NCBI GenBank assembly: GCA_026023565.1
Contig: JAPETS010000021.1
Location: forward strand, 248,001 to 312,000
Origin: Cirrosporium novae-zelandiae
Lineage: Eukaryota
Reading direction: 5' to 3'
Length of the DNA stretch: 64,000 bases
Both the position numbers and the translations under genes were made by a program. This document shows, in pieces, positions 25,199 through 38,125 of the stretch. Under the pieces are notes generated by a model that saw nothing but the letters and a program-made list of their open reading frames with translations, searched no databases and had not been told where the DNA came from. Every line of letters starts with the position of its first letter. Positions within the stretch are counted from its first letter, which is position 1.

Positions 25199-27475
25199 AT
25201 GAGCTCTCCCAGGGATTTCCGGACCATCCTCAATGCTGCCTTTGATGAAGAGGGAGATGCGACTAGTGAGGAGGATGATGACGACATGGAATACCAACCC
25301 ACAAACGATGAAAGTGACAACGAAGTCGGCTTTTACAGCCATGAACTTCAAGGTGCGCGAAACCTGAAGGACCCTCCGTTAAACTATCTTGTCTTGACCT
25401 GGTAATTTTTTCATTCCCACCAGATGACGACGATGGCTTGAACAATATTGAAATCGAGCTTTCCTTGCATGAAGGATCTTCCGACGAGGACGATGAACAC
25501 CCGCAAGGTGAACACACTATAGAGACAGTGGATGGGCAGACTCACACCATGCGTAGTGAGAACCTTTCTCTGCATAAGGTACCTTAGATTAAGAATCCTG
25601 ATGTCTATGTTTAGTTCCTCCACGTCAGATTATTCAATACCTTCTATCAGATCGTGGTAGTTCACTCTGGCTCGGGGGAACTTCCGTTGAACCTGAAGAC
25701 GAGGGGTCTGAAAGTAATAGACTATGGACTTTGCGGCCGCGGCAACGGCGGAGTTTGAAAAGCGGATTAGACAAATACCCAAAGGTTCCAAGTGACATAG
25801 GCCGAAATTTAATGAATTCAGGACAGTTTGGGAACCACGAGTATTACAGAAGCTCTTTCAAGAACCGGCGGAGAAAGCTAGCGACTAAATTGATGTGGCG
25901 GGAATTGGGATACGAGTTTGGGGGTAAGCGGAAGAGAGAGAGCAGGATTCTAGTACAGGTCTGCTCCTGAAGCCCCCCTCCCTTAATGCAAGCACTCATA
26001 CTGATTCTAATGGAGGATTTAATACCTTCTTCAAATGCTGATACTATTATCTATTATGATTCTCGATGCTACTCTGGTCAATTTTCGGACGATGGCAATT
26101 TCTTCTTTTGTTGTGCTCAGGATTTCAGAGTAAGAATGTATGATACGTCCAATCCTTACGACTGGAAGTATTATAAGACTGTCGACTACCCGTATGGACA
26201 TTGGACTATTACCGATGCTACGTTGAGTCCCGACAACAAATACCTTGCATATAGTTCGATCCGTAGCATTGTTTGTTTAGCTCCTACAGATCCGGAAGAG
26301 CATAGGGATCCTCACCATTTAGACTTTTCCGACCTTGGTACCGATCATGGCCACAGGGGATGGTCTGAAAACTACGACCTTGGCGTACGTGTAGCTACTT
26401 TCTCCGGTTGTATTGAAGGCTAATATATATCTAGATCTGGTCTATTCGCTTCTCAGGAGATGGGCGCGAGATAGTCGCCGGAACTTCAGATCATTCAGTC
26501 TATGTCTATGATATAGAAGCACAGCAGTCCATTCTCAGAATCAATGGCCACTCGGACGACGTGAATGCGGTGTGCTATGGCGACTCCTCATCACCACACA
26601 TACTCTACTCTGGATCTGATGATACTACTATCAAAGTCTGGGATCGGCGTAGTATGGGCGATAGTCGGGAGGCCGGTGTTTTCCTAGGCCATACCGAAGG
26701 GCTAACTTATGTTGACAGCAAGGGCGATGGCAGATACGTCTTGTCAAATGGCAAAGACCAGACCATGAAATTGTGGGATTTAAGGAAGATGATGAGCACT
26801 AACGGATTCGACAAAGTCGACCCTCAGAAATATACAACAGGTTTTGACTATCGGTTCATGAAGTTCGATGAAGAGATTTATGAACCGCACCCATACGATA
26901 GCTCTCTAGTGACTTTTCGTGGACATAAGGTGCTCAGAACTTTAATCAGGTGTCACTTTTCTCCTCCCGGAAGTACTAACTCAAGATATGTCTATACAGG
27001 CAGTGAGGATGGTAGTGTTTATGTTTATAACCTTGATGGAACTTTGGCAAAGAGGATTGATGTGAAGAAGGCTACAGCACAGACTAGACCTAGAAACTCG
27101 GATATTATGGATGGTGCCTATCATGACAGGGCGAGGAATCAGAGTGAATGGAAAACATGCGTAAGGGATGTTAGCTGGCATCCAAATGCACCAGTGATAG
27201 CAGGTTCGTACAATACCCTTTCATGTCACCTGCTAATCTAACCTTGCCTAGCAACTTCTTGGAATGGCTGGGGCGGTGCCACTGGCACCTGCACCCTCCA
27301 TTCTTACAACGATGGCATAGATAACGACGATTCAGAATCAAAGATGGGATTAAGGTTGAATCCTAGGCTGCAGCACGATGAAAGCCTTTACGATCCCATC
27401 TCATTAAGGCGGGGCATATTACGGAGCCGTAGAGTGGCTATCACCCTCGATGAGGAGGATGAGGATGAGTGGTAG
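25199..27475 (+). CDS. WD40 protein, DCAF11/WDR23/LEC14B-like, multi-exon
   Basis: YSGQFSDDGNFF, GHSDDVNAVCYGD..LYSGSDDTTIKVWDRR, GHTEGLTYVDSKGDGRYVLSNGKDQTMKLWDLR, TFRGHKVLRTLIRCHFSP, CVRDVSWHP. Confidence 0.9.
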
Positions 27476-27784
27476 ATGGTTGAAACTTCAATTGCATCTA
27501 AGATGTCGCATTGAAATCCATTGGTAGTATATAGTTTATAATGGACAAGGATTAATGATTGCTATTTTATTGGCATCCTCGGTTTACCTCATAGGTAACC
27601 GACTACTTTCAGGATGCCTTGACATCATGCAGAACATTCATTCCTTCCTTTCTTCCAGGATAAATCGAGCAAACCGCCATGGAGGCTTCATGTCAACTTT
27701 TGCCTGCTACCCTATAGCCTCGGACTTTCATCTAGCTTAGATAACGTCTTGAAGTTCATTGTATCCCGAAAGTTTCTTAAGTTA

Positions 27785-28105
27785 TCATGCACCTCCAACC
27801 AGAATGTTATTCACGGGTATGTGGACTAGAGAAAGTGCCATAGGTTAGTTTAGTAGACCGAGAATTACAAAGCCCCGAGGACGTACTAATTTTAATCACA
27901 TAGCCAATGACGCCCATTATCAGGAAACCAATACCGACAGCTTTTGATATATTTAGATATTCACGTTGGTCCGCTGGAAAAGAATTAGATTATGGTTTCT
28001 ACCGATAGCAAAGCAACAAGACTAGAACTTACGCTTTGTGCATCTATTGATGAAACCCATTCCTTCCCTAAGAAACTCCCTTGGGATTTCGAGGACTTCA
28101 GACAT
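27785..28105 (-). CDS. SSS1: Sec61 translocon gamma subunit, 3 exons (not in ORF track)
   Basis: Spliced MSEVLEIPREFLREGMGFINRCTK/..DQREYLNISKAVGIGFLIMGVIGYVIKI/.HIPVNNILVGGA*. Confidence 0.93.
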
Positions 28106-29229
28106 GACGTATTGATGAAGCTCTGAGAGGTTATAATGGACCTTCGGATTTGAAATAAAGAAGCTGAAAGTGGAACCCTGCTCTTAACGGCAGGAGGTTT
28201 CTAAAAAAGAAAAGAATGTTTGTAGAATTAGAATGCAAGGAACGAAATCTGGTCAGAAGAAATCGAGAGATGGAGGTTTGTTAATCGAGGTCGGGTTCGT
28301 CGCAGGGGTGAATTTGTTGGATGATAATTATGGCCAGCCTGGCACCTGGAGTAGGAAAGTTCTACATAATTTCCTAAAGTACCTAGGTACCTACTAAAGC
28401 AGAGTAGAGTACTTTTCAAGGCACTAGTGTAATCGTATCGAAATACGGTGGTACGGATTCCGTTATTAGCTTAGTCATGGGCGGTCACAGTCTACTCTAG
28501 CTTTCTGCAGACCATTGACCTTTCTCCTTTCGAGTAGGTTCATCGGTTCTGGTCAAGCTATCTACCTTACCCAGAATCAACATCTTCTCTTCTTGGACGC
28601 TGAGTATAGCATCTTACCTTCTCTCACGTTCTTCTAACTATAGGATCATTATTATTTCCCTCTGTTCTTCCTAGACTTGTTGATACCTAGCTTTTTATCC
28701 GCACGCTCGCAAAGTTTGAAACGGCTAAGTTGGTTTGACGGATGAGTAGGTGGACTCGCAGCTTTTACACACATCCAACTTTCTTTTGATTGTTGTATTT
28801 CCAATCGGAATTTGGAGGCAGGGCTAGCACTCGTGCGCTTCGAGTGGCTAGCAGTCACGCACAGCTTGAGCTTTGTCTTTACTATTATTTATCTGTTCTT
28901 GCCGCTGAAGGCAGTCAGACTACCGCTCCTCTCCATGTGCATCTAGTTCTCGCACTTTCAAGCGTCCGTATTATTGAAGGATTCAGTGGTTTTCTGTACG
29001 TATCTCTTGTTCCTCCTATCGAATTGTGACTGTTTGCATGCCTTGGTCGAAAGCTAGACTTGTCACGGACTATCTCAACTCATCGCTATCAAGTCTTTTC
29101 CTTGCTAATATCAATAATCTTAAATGACAGACCTGTACTTCTCTTGAATTCTTCGAGAACAGAACTTGTGCATAGAGCCAAATCAGATACTCCAAGCTTT
29201 GACTGAGAAACCTTCCTCTCTTCCTTACA

Positions 29230-30657
29230 ATGACTACTGAAGAGGATAATTTCGACATTGACATATATGGGGATGGTGGAGGAGATTATCAGGGCAATGA
29301 ACATAATGGATCCAGCATCAGAGAAGAGGCTCCTCGCCCTATCAATGGTGATAGCCACACAGCTCATGAGTCTAGTGACTCCATCAGACAAAATTACAAC
29401 GGAAATAGTTCGGGGTTCTACGACGACGGTAAAACAGATAATAACTACGTCAATTTAACAGAACGACAGCAATCCATTGTTGATGCTGATAAGCATGCAC
29501 AAAATCCTAAACTTATCACTCAACAAGGCATAAAGCGTAAAGATGGCCCCGATGAAAGACCACTCGATCCTGGTGCTACTACTGCTTTGTTCCTTGGTGA
29601 ACTTCATTGGTGGACGACAGATGATGACATTCGAGGTTGGATCAACGATGCTGGTTGCGAGGCTGAGCTTAAGGACGTCACATTTAGTGAGCACAAGGTC
29701 AACGGAAAGAGCAAAGGGTAAAGTCAAGCACCCAAGTGCGTAATCCACATAAGTTCCAGCGGCTAATCTGTTTAATTTGCGTATAGTCAAGCTTTTGTAG
29801 AGTTCGCGTCACCTCAGGCTGCTACTGCTGCGAAACATAAAATTGACTCTCTAGGCAAGGAGCAGCAACCAAGCTCCAAAAAGTACTCCGCTACATATAC
29901 GAATCCGTTCACAAACCCCTTCCGCACATTACCGAAAGATGCACCGACTCGAGGAAAAGATGGTACAAGCCATCGCTCCAATTCTGGAGCCTTTAACGCT
30001 TCGAACATAGGGGGGCCTCCACAAAATAGTATAAGCTATGGCGTAAACAATATGAATAGTGGGGGCTACCGTGGGGGAAGAGGTAACTACAACAATCGGG
30101 GAAACTCCATGAATGTGGGAGGATACAATAATCGTAGCTTTTCGGGGGCTTTAGGGGGTTACCAAGGAGGGCCACTAGGAGGGTTTTCGAATCCGCAAAT
30201 GGGGAACATGCAACCTTATGGCGGATATCAGGGTCGTGGTGGTATGATGGGTGGGATGCGTGGTGGACCAGGGGGGATGAGAGGCAGCCGTGGTGGCATG
30301 CCGGGTGGCATGATGTCGTTGCCAATGGGAGGGATGAACATGGGTAATATGCCGGGTCAAATGGGAGGGATGGGGATGGGGGGGAATATGCCAATGCAAG
30401 GTGGGCCTTTATTTCTATATGTTCGATTCCTGCTATGGCATGAAATTTGTTCCATGTGGTATTCATTTCCTATGTGCGGCTGTTATGTCTTCTGGTGTTT
30501 TACTTGATGTCGCTAACATTCATGATCCGTAGGTCAAGGAGGATTTTCGAGTCCATCACCACATTTCAATCCTGCATTCTTCTCTCAAAATACTCCCCCT
30601 GCGGCTGGAGATGGAAGCTGGAATCCGCACGGTGCCAAGCGAACTCGTCAAGAATGA
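29230..30657 (+). CDS. RRM protein, CFIm68/CPSF6-like cleavage factor, 3 coding exons
   Basis: DIDIYGD N-terminus, RRM ALFLGELHWWTTDDDI..FSEHKVNGKSKG/QAFVEF, RGG/GM-rich region, C-terminal PHFNPAFF..NPHGAKRTRQE. Confidence 0.85.
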
Positions 30658-31746
30658 TAAGCTGTTTTAGTGTCGACCCTTGAAGCTTCAGCGAACTTTT
30701 AGATGGCATTCCAGCAAATTGTTAGGCCAGTGGTCTAGTGCCTACCTCGTTTTGGCCCTCTGATCTTTCGTCCTGCCATCCCATTCCGTTTCTCGGCCCA
30801 ACTGGGTCTTGTAGACCTAGCGAGGATTGGAGTTATAATTTTTTATGGAATTGAAAAATTTGGTGTTAAGGAGAGAATAGGGACACAAATGGAGGCGCTT
30901 GTCTAAGTTGAAGGTTCGGAAATCAAATCCTATCTCAAGTCTAGTCCAGGTGATGAGAAAAGGTAGGGTGATTGAGAAAACTAGGCATTGCGAGTTCGAG
31001 TTCGAGTTCTCGATACCTTAATTCCTGTAACATTATGTCAAGGAAGTTGTGGAGAGGATTAGAATACGGGGAAATCGCTAGAAAGGGAAGCAAAAATATG
31101 GACAGGATAGCGGGGTTTAGGCTAAAGCCTCCATACTTCGATTGATTCTGTGGTAATGCTTCACCATTTGTTCAAACGTCCATTATGTTATGGGCTCTTG
31201 CGATGGAATTATCATCCTAGCTCGTCATGTCAGTTTTGGCGCGGGAATTCCCATAGGCTATTGCCTTTAAAAGTACTTCTACTTGGAATTTTATATTTGA
31301 GAGGTCTACTCTGTACGTAACAAGGGCATGGGCCTTGGGTGATCTATCTTTTTAAGGGTTAACCTTAGTTATACTATCATAATATATTGCTTACAAGAAT
31401 TATATACCACCACCCATCAAGTGTAAACCTTGCTTTTCGTTGATCTCGTTCCATCCATGAGCCTCGAGTTTGTCACTAATCGACCTAACACCAACCCAAA
31501 GCCCAAGGGGATTCCTCGCTGAATATTTAAATTGATAAACCCGGATCCTGTATTTCCTTTCCAGCACTCCAAGCTACCTAAAACAAGATAATCTATACGG
31601 GCATGAATTATGCGTCCGGACATGTATTGTGCCAGCAAACACCAAGAAGTCCAGGGCCTTGAAGAGCGTATGCACATACATCCATATACAAGAGTGGTGT
31701 TAACGAAAGAAAGTAGAGTACAAGGCCGGCTCACGACCGAAGAGTC

Positions 31747-33005
31747 TTAAGACACAGTCCCGAAGACGTTCAAAATAACTTCATACATACCAAACATGAT
31801 TGCGGCACTGGGTACTACCCTTAGTAGGTGTGGTGTCAGGCCCCCATACAATCCAACAAGCCCTTCTTCTTTCCAAATCGTCTTAAAACATTGAACCAAC
31901 CCATAATATTTTAGCCGGCCATTCTCCATTGGGGCTTGCCGTAGCCGAGTCCGTACAACCTCATGTGGATATGTGACTACAGCAGCAAAGAGTTTGGCGG
32001 TGCCAGCAGCACCAACCTTGCCTGTCCAATTGACAGTATTATCCCAGGGAGTACGATCACGGCCAGAGGTAACCAGATTTTCCTCCCGTCGGCGAAGGTA
32101 CATTTTCATTTGTTCATAAAGGACCCACTGCAAGGTGCTTTCGGAAACACCCAGGTAACTAGCACTAAGACCACGATAAAGACCACGAACACCTTCACCA
32201 CGGACGGTTTGTTGGATACAGTCCCATGAGTTCCGATATTGTCGATTCAAGTGAGTATCACCTCCCAACTTCTCGGCTTTGGACTTGTCAAGCTGAAGAC
32301 GTGTTTTAACGAGCCAGATAGGATTGGTAGCAGTACCAGTTACAATACCAGCACATGCAGCAGCGCAAAGGTGTACCCACGCAGCTTCATCTCCATGATT
32401 GAAATACTGGCTGATGAGACGCTTCCCATTTCCATAAGCATAGAAATTGATAGCGCGAGCAGGAACGACGCCTGTGAGGTTCGGACCGAGGCCCTTGAAG
32501 AGCGCACGCCAACCTTCAACACGATGGATAGAAAAAAGAATCGAAAAGGTTTCACGGACGTGTAAGAGGAGGCTGCGGTGGAAGGGTAGGACGGATGGAT
32601 GGGGGATATTGCGTGCAGCTCGAGAAGCTGTCAATTGAGATTGATAAAAGTCGGACTGAAGACGGGTTTTGAGTACATCGAGGGGAGATGTCAAGGTAGC
32701 GGCTGTCATACCACCAACGCTACAGAACCGAAATCTTCGTTAGTAGGAGGATAATGGGAAATGAATCAAGTAGTAATTTAGTAAGCAACAGATAAATATA
32801 TATGAGAGACATACCCCCCCGCAACGAAGTGTGCCCATGGTTTAGCTACCGGTTCCTCTTGTTTTGGTCTTGTAGACTGATGCCCAGATATGGGAATTAC
32901 ATCACCAGTTTCTCTTGACTGTGTTAAAGGTGCCTCCTGGATGTGCGCATGAGAAGCTCGTAAGTGCGCCGGCACAGGGCTCGCGGAAGACGTGGAGAAG
33001 GGCAT
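31747..33005 (-). CDS. RIM2: Mitochondrial pyrimidine nucleotide carrier, 2 exons
   Basis: WAHFVAGG/..TSPLDVLKTRLQSD, KGLGPNLTGVVPARAINF, TNPIWLVKTRLQLD, TYPHEVVRTRLRQ (three carrier repeats). Confidence 0.92.
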
Positions 33006-33635
33006 GTACTGAAATTTAATATGTCCAGAATCAGTGGGGGTACAAGCTATTCTATCATGATTGAGTATGTGAAATGAGGATCATATGAGTAATGTGAATG
33101 AGACTGGATAGCTTGCCTTGGTTAAGTTGTTGCTCTTGATACTGGCAATCTATATGTTAGTACTTTTGTACGGACTTGTATTTTTTTCCCCGGTCCTCGG
33201 ACGCAGGACAAAGTACGGTGGTCAATAGGGCCGACGAATGCTAAATTCTCACTATGCATCTGATTACTAAGTTGTAAGGATGCAAGTAAGTACGGTCTGT
33301 ATATAGGCGTATGGCAGGCATTGATATCCTAAGAAAGCTACCTCTGTTAAAATGAAATAGAGTCTCTTTGTAAAGCGATTAATGTTAGTACTTCTGTTAT
33401 GAGATTGTACGAGGCATTCCAACCAGTCGTTCATGAATTAATCTACCAACGTAATGTGAGAGGCGCCCACAACTAGCTTTCATAGCCATTTGCTCTTTCG
33501 TAGAACAAAACCATAGAACTTAAGTATCACATTCGCCTTCCGAGACCTTCTAACCACATATTTTTGGCAGGCTCCTAACCGTGCTAGCCACCATCACTCC
33601 ACCACAATCCTTCTGAAAGCAACTAGGAAGAAGCC

Positions 33636-34417
33636 TTAAATTGTAGTTTCATAAGGAACTGGTGTGATCGTCTCTGGCTTATTTCCTTCTGTGCTGACCG
33701 TATGTGCTTCTCTGGGCATGACTGGCTGCCTTTTCAAAAACAAATGTGTCCCTTCAGCCTTCGCCTTTCGCTTCTTTTCCGCATTTTCCTTAACTCGCTT
33801 GAGGAAGTCTTCACGCGATCGCGATAGACTTACGTGTTCGATGCGTACATTAACACGCTTCTCAAGGTAGCGGTTACCGACCCGTTTGTAGATGATCACA
33901 CCGACCTAGGATGTCAGTGGCAACACTTGTTAATCGAAGTAGAGGGTAGTTACTGCTGATTTTGTGACATTGTAGATAACACCTGGGCATAGACAACTTT
34001 AGCTGAGGACTTGAAATATATTGAATTGGAGGGGTGGAAGTGCTAAGCTAATTACCGGTCTTTCCGTGGTACACCTTGTGTGGCATACTAGACATATATC
34101 AGTATGAACTATTTAATGTTGCCGGATTTGGGTGAATAATGTGGGCAAACCGACCCCTTTTGGACAGCACCATTTGTCTTCAGATCGACTATATCACCAA
34201 CTCTAAAATTGTTTAGTTATATCAAATTATCTCGGGCGCAATGTTTATGCACTAACTTGTATTGTCTGAGGTAGGTTGACAGTGAAATAAACCCCTTCTT
34301 TCTAAAATCCCGTGAAAAGGCATCTGGAATAAAATGTTAGTTACAAGATCACCGTTCACTAAAGGATAGATAGAACATGCATCGTGTGCCCGATCGAAGA
34401 CCGCGAGATTGACCCAT
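33636..34417 (-). CDS. RPL21: 60S ribosomal protein L21 (eL21), 6 exons
   Basis: [88 protein letters not shown]. Confidence 0.96.
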
Positions 34418-34521
34418 GGTGATTGTTGATGGTTGTTTTGGAGGAGGAAACTGATCTTTATCGCTGCTGTTAAGACGTCGACCCCACAAATTTTGTTGTG
34501 TCACTTTACTTAGTGTTAATG

Positions 34522-34530
34522 TTAGGGCTT
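34522..34530. promoter_or_regulatory. Candidate ribosomal-protein promoter element TTAGGGCTT in the RPL21/RPS9 divergent promoter
   Basis: The identical 9-mer occurs upstream of RPS4 (AAGCCCTAA, 47896-47904). It resembles the Tbf1-type TTAGGG element of fungal RP genes. Confidence 0.5.
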
Positions 34531-34658
34531 CGCTTATCCAACAAAACTTCCCATATCTGCTCTAGTGTCTAAAACCCACACCATGGCATGGGTTAAGTTA
34601 TCAACATCAAACTCCATTTTCTCTCGACTACCAACAACTACTCCAACAATCATCCACC

Positions 34659-35494
34659 ATGGCACCTAGGAGCTACTCGAAGACGTACCATGTCCCTCGT
34701 CGTCGTAAGTATAAACTTGATGTTAATTTGCATCTCAAGCTAACCTGACCTTCTTTCAGCTTTCGAGTCCGCCCGTCTGTTAGTATTCCCTGGCCACTGA
34801 GCATGAGCTTGCTCTGCTTATGTCAAGAGATACTCGTCTTTCTAACCTTATATTTCTACCAGTGACTCTGAACTGAAGATCGTGGGCGAATATGGTCTCC
34901 GAAACAAGCGCGAAGTGTGGCGTGTTTTGCTCACTTTGTCCAAAATTCGTCGTGCTGCTCGGTATGCTTCTTTTTATGCCTTGGGCCTTGGCTTTGCAAC
35001 GATAAACAACTAATCCGGTGTAGTGAACTTCTCACCCTCGATGAAAAAGATCCTAAACGGCTATTCGAAGGCAATGCTTTAATCCGCAGACTTGTCCGTG
35101 TCGGTGTTCTCGATGAATCTCGTATGAAACTCGATTACGTCTTAGCCTTGAAGGTAGAAGATTTCTTGGAAAGACGACTCCAGACCTGTGTCTACAAACT
35201 AGGTCTTGCTAAGAGCATCCATCATGCTCGTGTGTTAATCAAACAGAGGCACATTCGGTTCGTCCATAGCAATAATTCGAAGGGTTTTAAATGGACTAAT
35301 CGCTAACTATTGAAAGTGTTGGGAGACAAATCGTCAATGTACCATCATTCGTGGTCCGACTCGACTCGCAGAAGCATATTGACTTCGCTCTCACCTCGCC
35401 TTTCGGTGGTGGACGTCCTGGTCGTGTTAGGAGAAAGAAGGCTAAGGCGGCGGAGAAGAAGGACGACGACGAGGGAGAGGAGGAAGAAGAATAG
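34659..35494 (+). CDS. RPS9: 40S ribosomal protein S9 (uS4), 5 exons
   Basis: [93 protein letters not shown]. Confidence 0.97.
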
Positions 35495-35742
35495 CTGTCA
35501 CACTATCAGCAGCATCAGAATTCTATGGAGTTTGCTAATTAGCAGACATATCCTAGAAAATGATCCTTTAGCCAGGGAATGGGAATGGACACTAAAAGAC
35601 CTTAGTACCAGGGAATTAACTCTGAGCTATCCCGACGACCTTTTTCACTAAAAATGCCATGAAACTTCTCACATATATTTCTACTTGCAGTAAATTACTA
35701 GAATGCTTTGATCTGTAGGTCATAATGAATCATCCTAGTCTA

Positions 35743-37167
35743 TCAATCAATTAGCTCATCTCTGCCTAAACAATTAACCATAGGATCATCTGCCAACGTC
35801 TTAGACTTCTTGTAAGCGTCAAGTTCTTCATCCTTTCTATCCATCAAGTCAGACATAGATCGCTTCTTTGCTGTAGGTTGGAGCTCATATTGCCCCCTGT
35901 CCTTGATAACGCTTTGCTCGAAATCTCGTCCACCAAGACCAATCCCTCTACTCCCCCGAGTTGGCTCCAAATTCCCACTAGTCTTTACTTTCTCTATGTC
36001 TGCAAATGCACGTTTGCCTTCTTCTCCTATGCAGTAGCTGTTTTTGACTGTCGAATGGCAGCAAGCATACCCCCATTTAGAACTTGACCACCAGCTACCC
36101 CATACAGATTTGTGATTGTGAAGATATACATCTTCAGCATATTTCGATTTTGCGATTTTCACACTAGTGCCTTTAATAACACCCGCTTCATCGTACTCGA
36201 AGTAGTTCTCATTCTCCACAACCGCTAAGTCTCGCAGTGGAGTGGACTGGAGATATTGTTCGCCGCCATACTTTTCCAACAGAACCTTGCGTTGGGCTTC
36301 CCTTTTGGCCTCATTCTTAGCATTTTCTTGCTTTCGAAGGAACTCTCCAGACGTGGGATTAGCTTGTAGATGGATTTTGTTCCTGTCTCCTCGTTCTTGT
36401 GACTCCCATGCATATTTCTGGGCTTTCTCAAATTCAGCTGCATCGCCCGATGCTCGCATAAAATTATCTTCTGCGACAAGCGCCGCAGCTTGATCGGCCT
36501 GCGCGCCCATGTCTACCATAGATCTGGTTTTGGGGTCATATTTAGCTGAGTCAAGATCCAAATTTAATAAATATTTCGCAGTATCCTCCCGTAGTCTCAG
36601 ATTGCGTGTTGCGGTACTCTGGTGCCTCCCCATATCTGACTCTTCGGCATATTTGGCTTCTTCTATTCCCTCTGCTCCATCTTCTCTGTCTTTAAGGAGC
36701 ACCGGTGTTGTATCACCTTCATCTTTTGTTTTCCGTTTTAGTTCCTCCAAGTCGTTATACTCCTCCACAATGGCTCGGTATTCCTTAGGATCGTAACCAT
36801 TCCAACGATCCCTTTTTGCATCCCAACTCATCTCAACCTTTTGTACCATTTCATCAGCCTGTATATCCTTGCCCGTCCATTTGGCACCCATTTTGCGTGG
36901 TCTACTCAGACATTCTTTCGTTTTGTGTGTCATTGCACCACAGTTTTCGCAGGCCCCCTTGCGAAATTTGGTAGCAGCTGGACCAGCCTTTTTACCTCGG
37001 TCATACCATTTTTCATGGTCCGGCGTGCGGCGGTGGAGACGTTGATGTTCGAGATAGTCAGCATCCGAAGTAGAGTCGTCATCGATGTAGAAGGGCTTCT
37101 TGGAGATAAAGGAAGGGATGTATTCATTGCGCTCTTTCGAGGCGACATCGGCAGGCTTTCGAGACAT
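35743..37167 (-). CDS. SLU7: Pre-mRNA splicing factor Slu7
   Basis: [14 protein letters not shown], zinc knuckle [57 protein letters not shown]. Confidence 0.95.
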   Translation of the reverse strand: MSRKPADVASKERNEYIPSFISKKPFYIDDDSTSDADYLEHQRLHRRTPDHEKWYDRGKKAGPAATKFRKGACENCGAMTHKTKECLSRPRKMGAKWTGKDIQADEMVQKVEMSWDAKRDRWNGYDPKEYRAIVEEYNDLEELKRKTKDEGDTTPVLLKDREDGAEGIEEAKYAEESDMGRHQSTATRNLRLREDTAKYLLNLDLDSAKYDPKTRSMVDMGAQADQAAALVAEDNFMRASGDAAEFEKAQKYAWESQERGDRNKIHLQANPTSGEFLRKQENAKNEAKREAQRKVLLEKYGGEQYLQSTPLRDLAVVENENYFEYDEAGVIKGTSVKIAKSKYAEDVYLHNHKSVWGSWWSSSKWGYACCHSTVKNSYCIGEEGKRAFADIEKVKTSGNLEPTRGSRGIGLGGRDFEQSVIKDRGQYELQPTAKKRSMSDLMDRKDEELDAYKKSKTLADDPMVNCLGRDELID

Positions 37168-38125
37168 TGTGAAACGTAGATGGAAGATTAAGAGATTCAA
37201 GGGAAGAAAATTGTAGATTCAACTCTGGCTATCAGTTATCATAAAATCCGAGACGTGAATGGATGAAGGTAACAGGAGGCCATTGACCTTATGGGGCTAA
37301 GCCTTTTCAGAAAATTTACTGCAGTTTAAAATACGGCTAAGAATTCCATACGAACTTACTTGGTAGAGGATTGCAGAAACTCGGCACGTGCTCAGTTATT
37401 CAGGATTTATGTATTTTATTACGGTATTTGCATACATGTACCCAGTACTCTTTTAACTAGTTCTAATTAATAATTAGTTAACTAGGATACCGGCTCAGTG
37501 AGGCTCTTATCTAGGTGTATAACTGGTGTGGATTCTATGGCTTGAGGTCTAGATCTAAGGTGCAAGACTCAGGAATCTACATGGCATATACAGTGGATCA
37601 TGTGACCTAGGTCATATAACTGGATGCCTAAGGCATCACATGGCTTGGTGTCCCGTAACATTAACTTCCGAGATCCACGCCCCTTTGTTTGTCTGATTAA
37701 TTCAGGGGCTGACCAAGTATATACTTAGTACCGTGCATGCTAACCAATATAATCAGCTACATACCATTATATTTCTATAATTTCCTATGTTGACAGTGGC
37801 ACGTGCGTGGATGGGAAGGGAAATTATCAGTTATAATACAGACGGCTAAGGCCTTAGTCAAAACGTAGATCTTTTAAGTAATTCAGGGATGGATGAGTAT
37901 AATCACAATAACCTCTGACGCCTCATTAATAAGCTTGTCATTCATTAACTTACGCCTTGGCACCCATTTATTATACACAATGCAGTAAGAAAATTCTTCT
38001 ATGAGCTACATTATAAACAGATTATATCTAGGTTAACTACGGGCACGATTGTACTGACTTTGTGCCATACTCGCCATGAAAAAGACATTGCATTTATTAT
38101 GCCTCTCAATCCTGCGTCCTATTCT

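Noticed and set aside
28379..28392. Palindromic TACCTAGGTA-type motifs (also near 37605, 51674, 62949, 63220)
   Set aside because: Short intergenic palindromes of a kind common in fungal AT-rich spacers; no element boundaries or spacing pattern.
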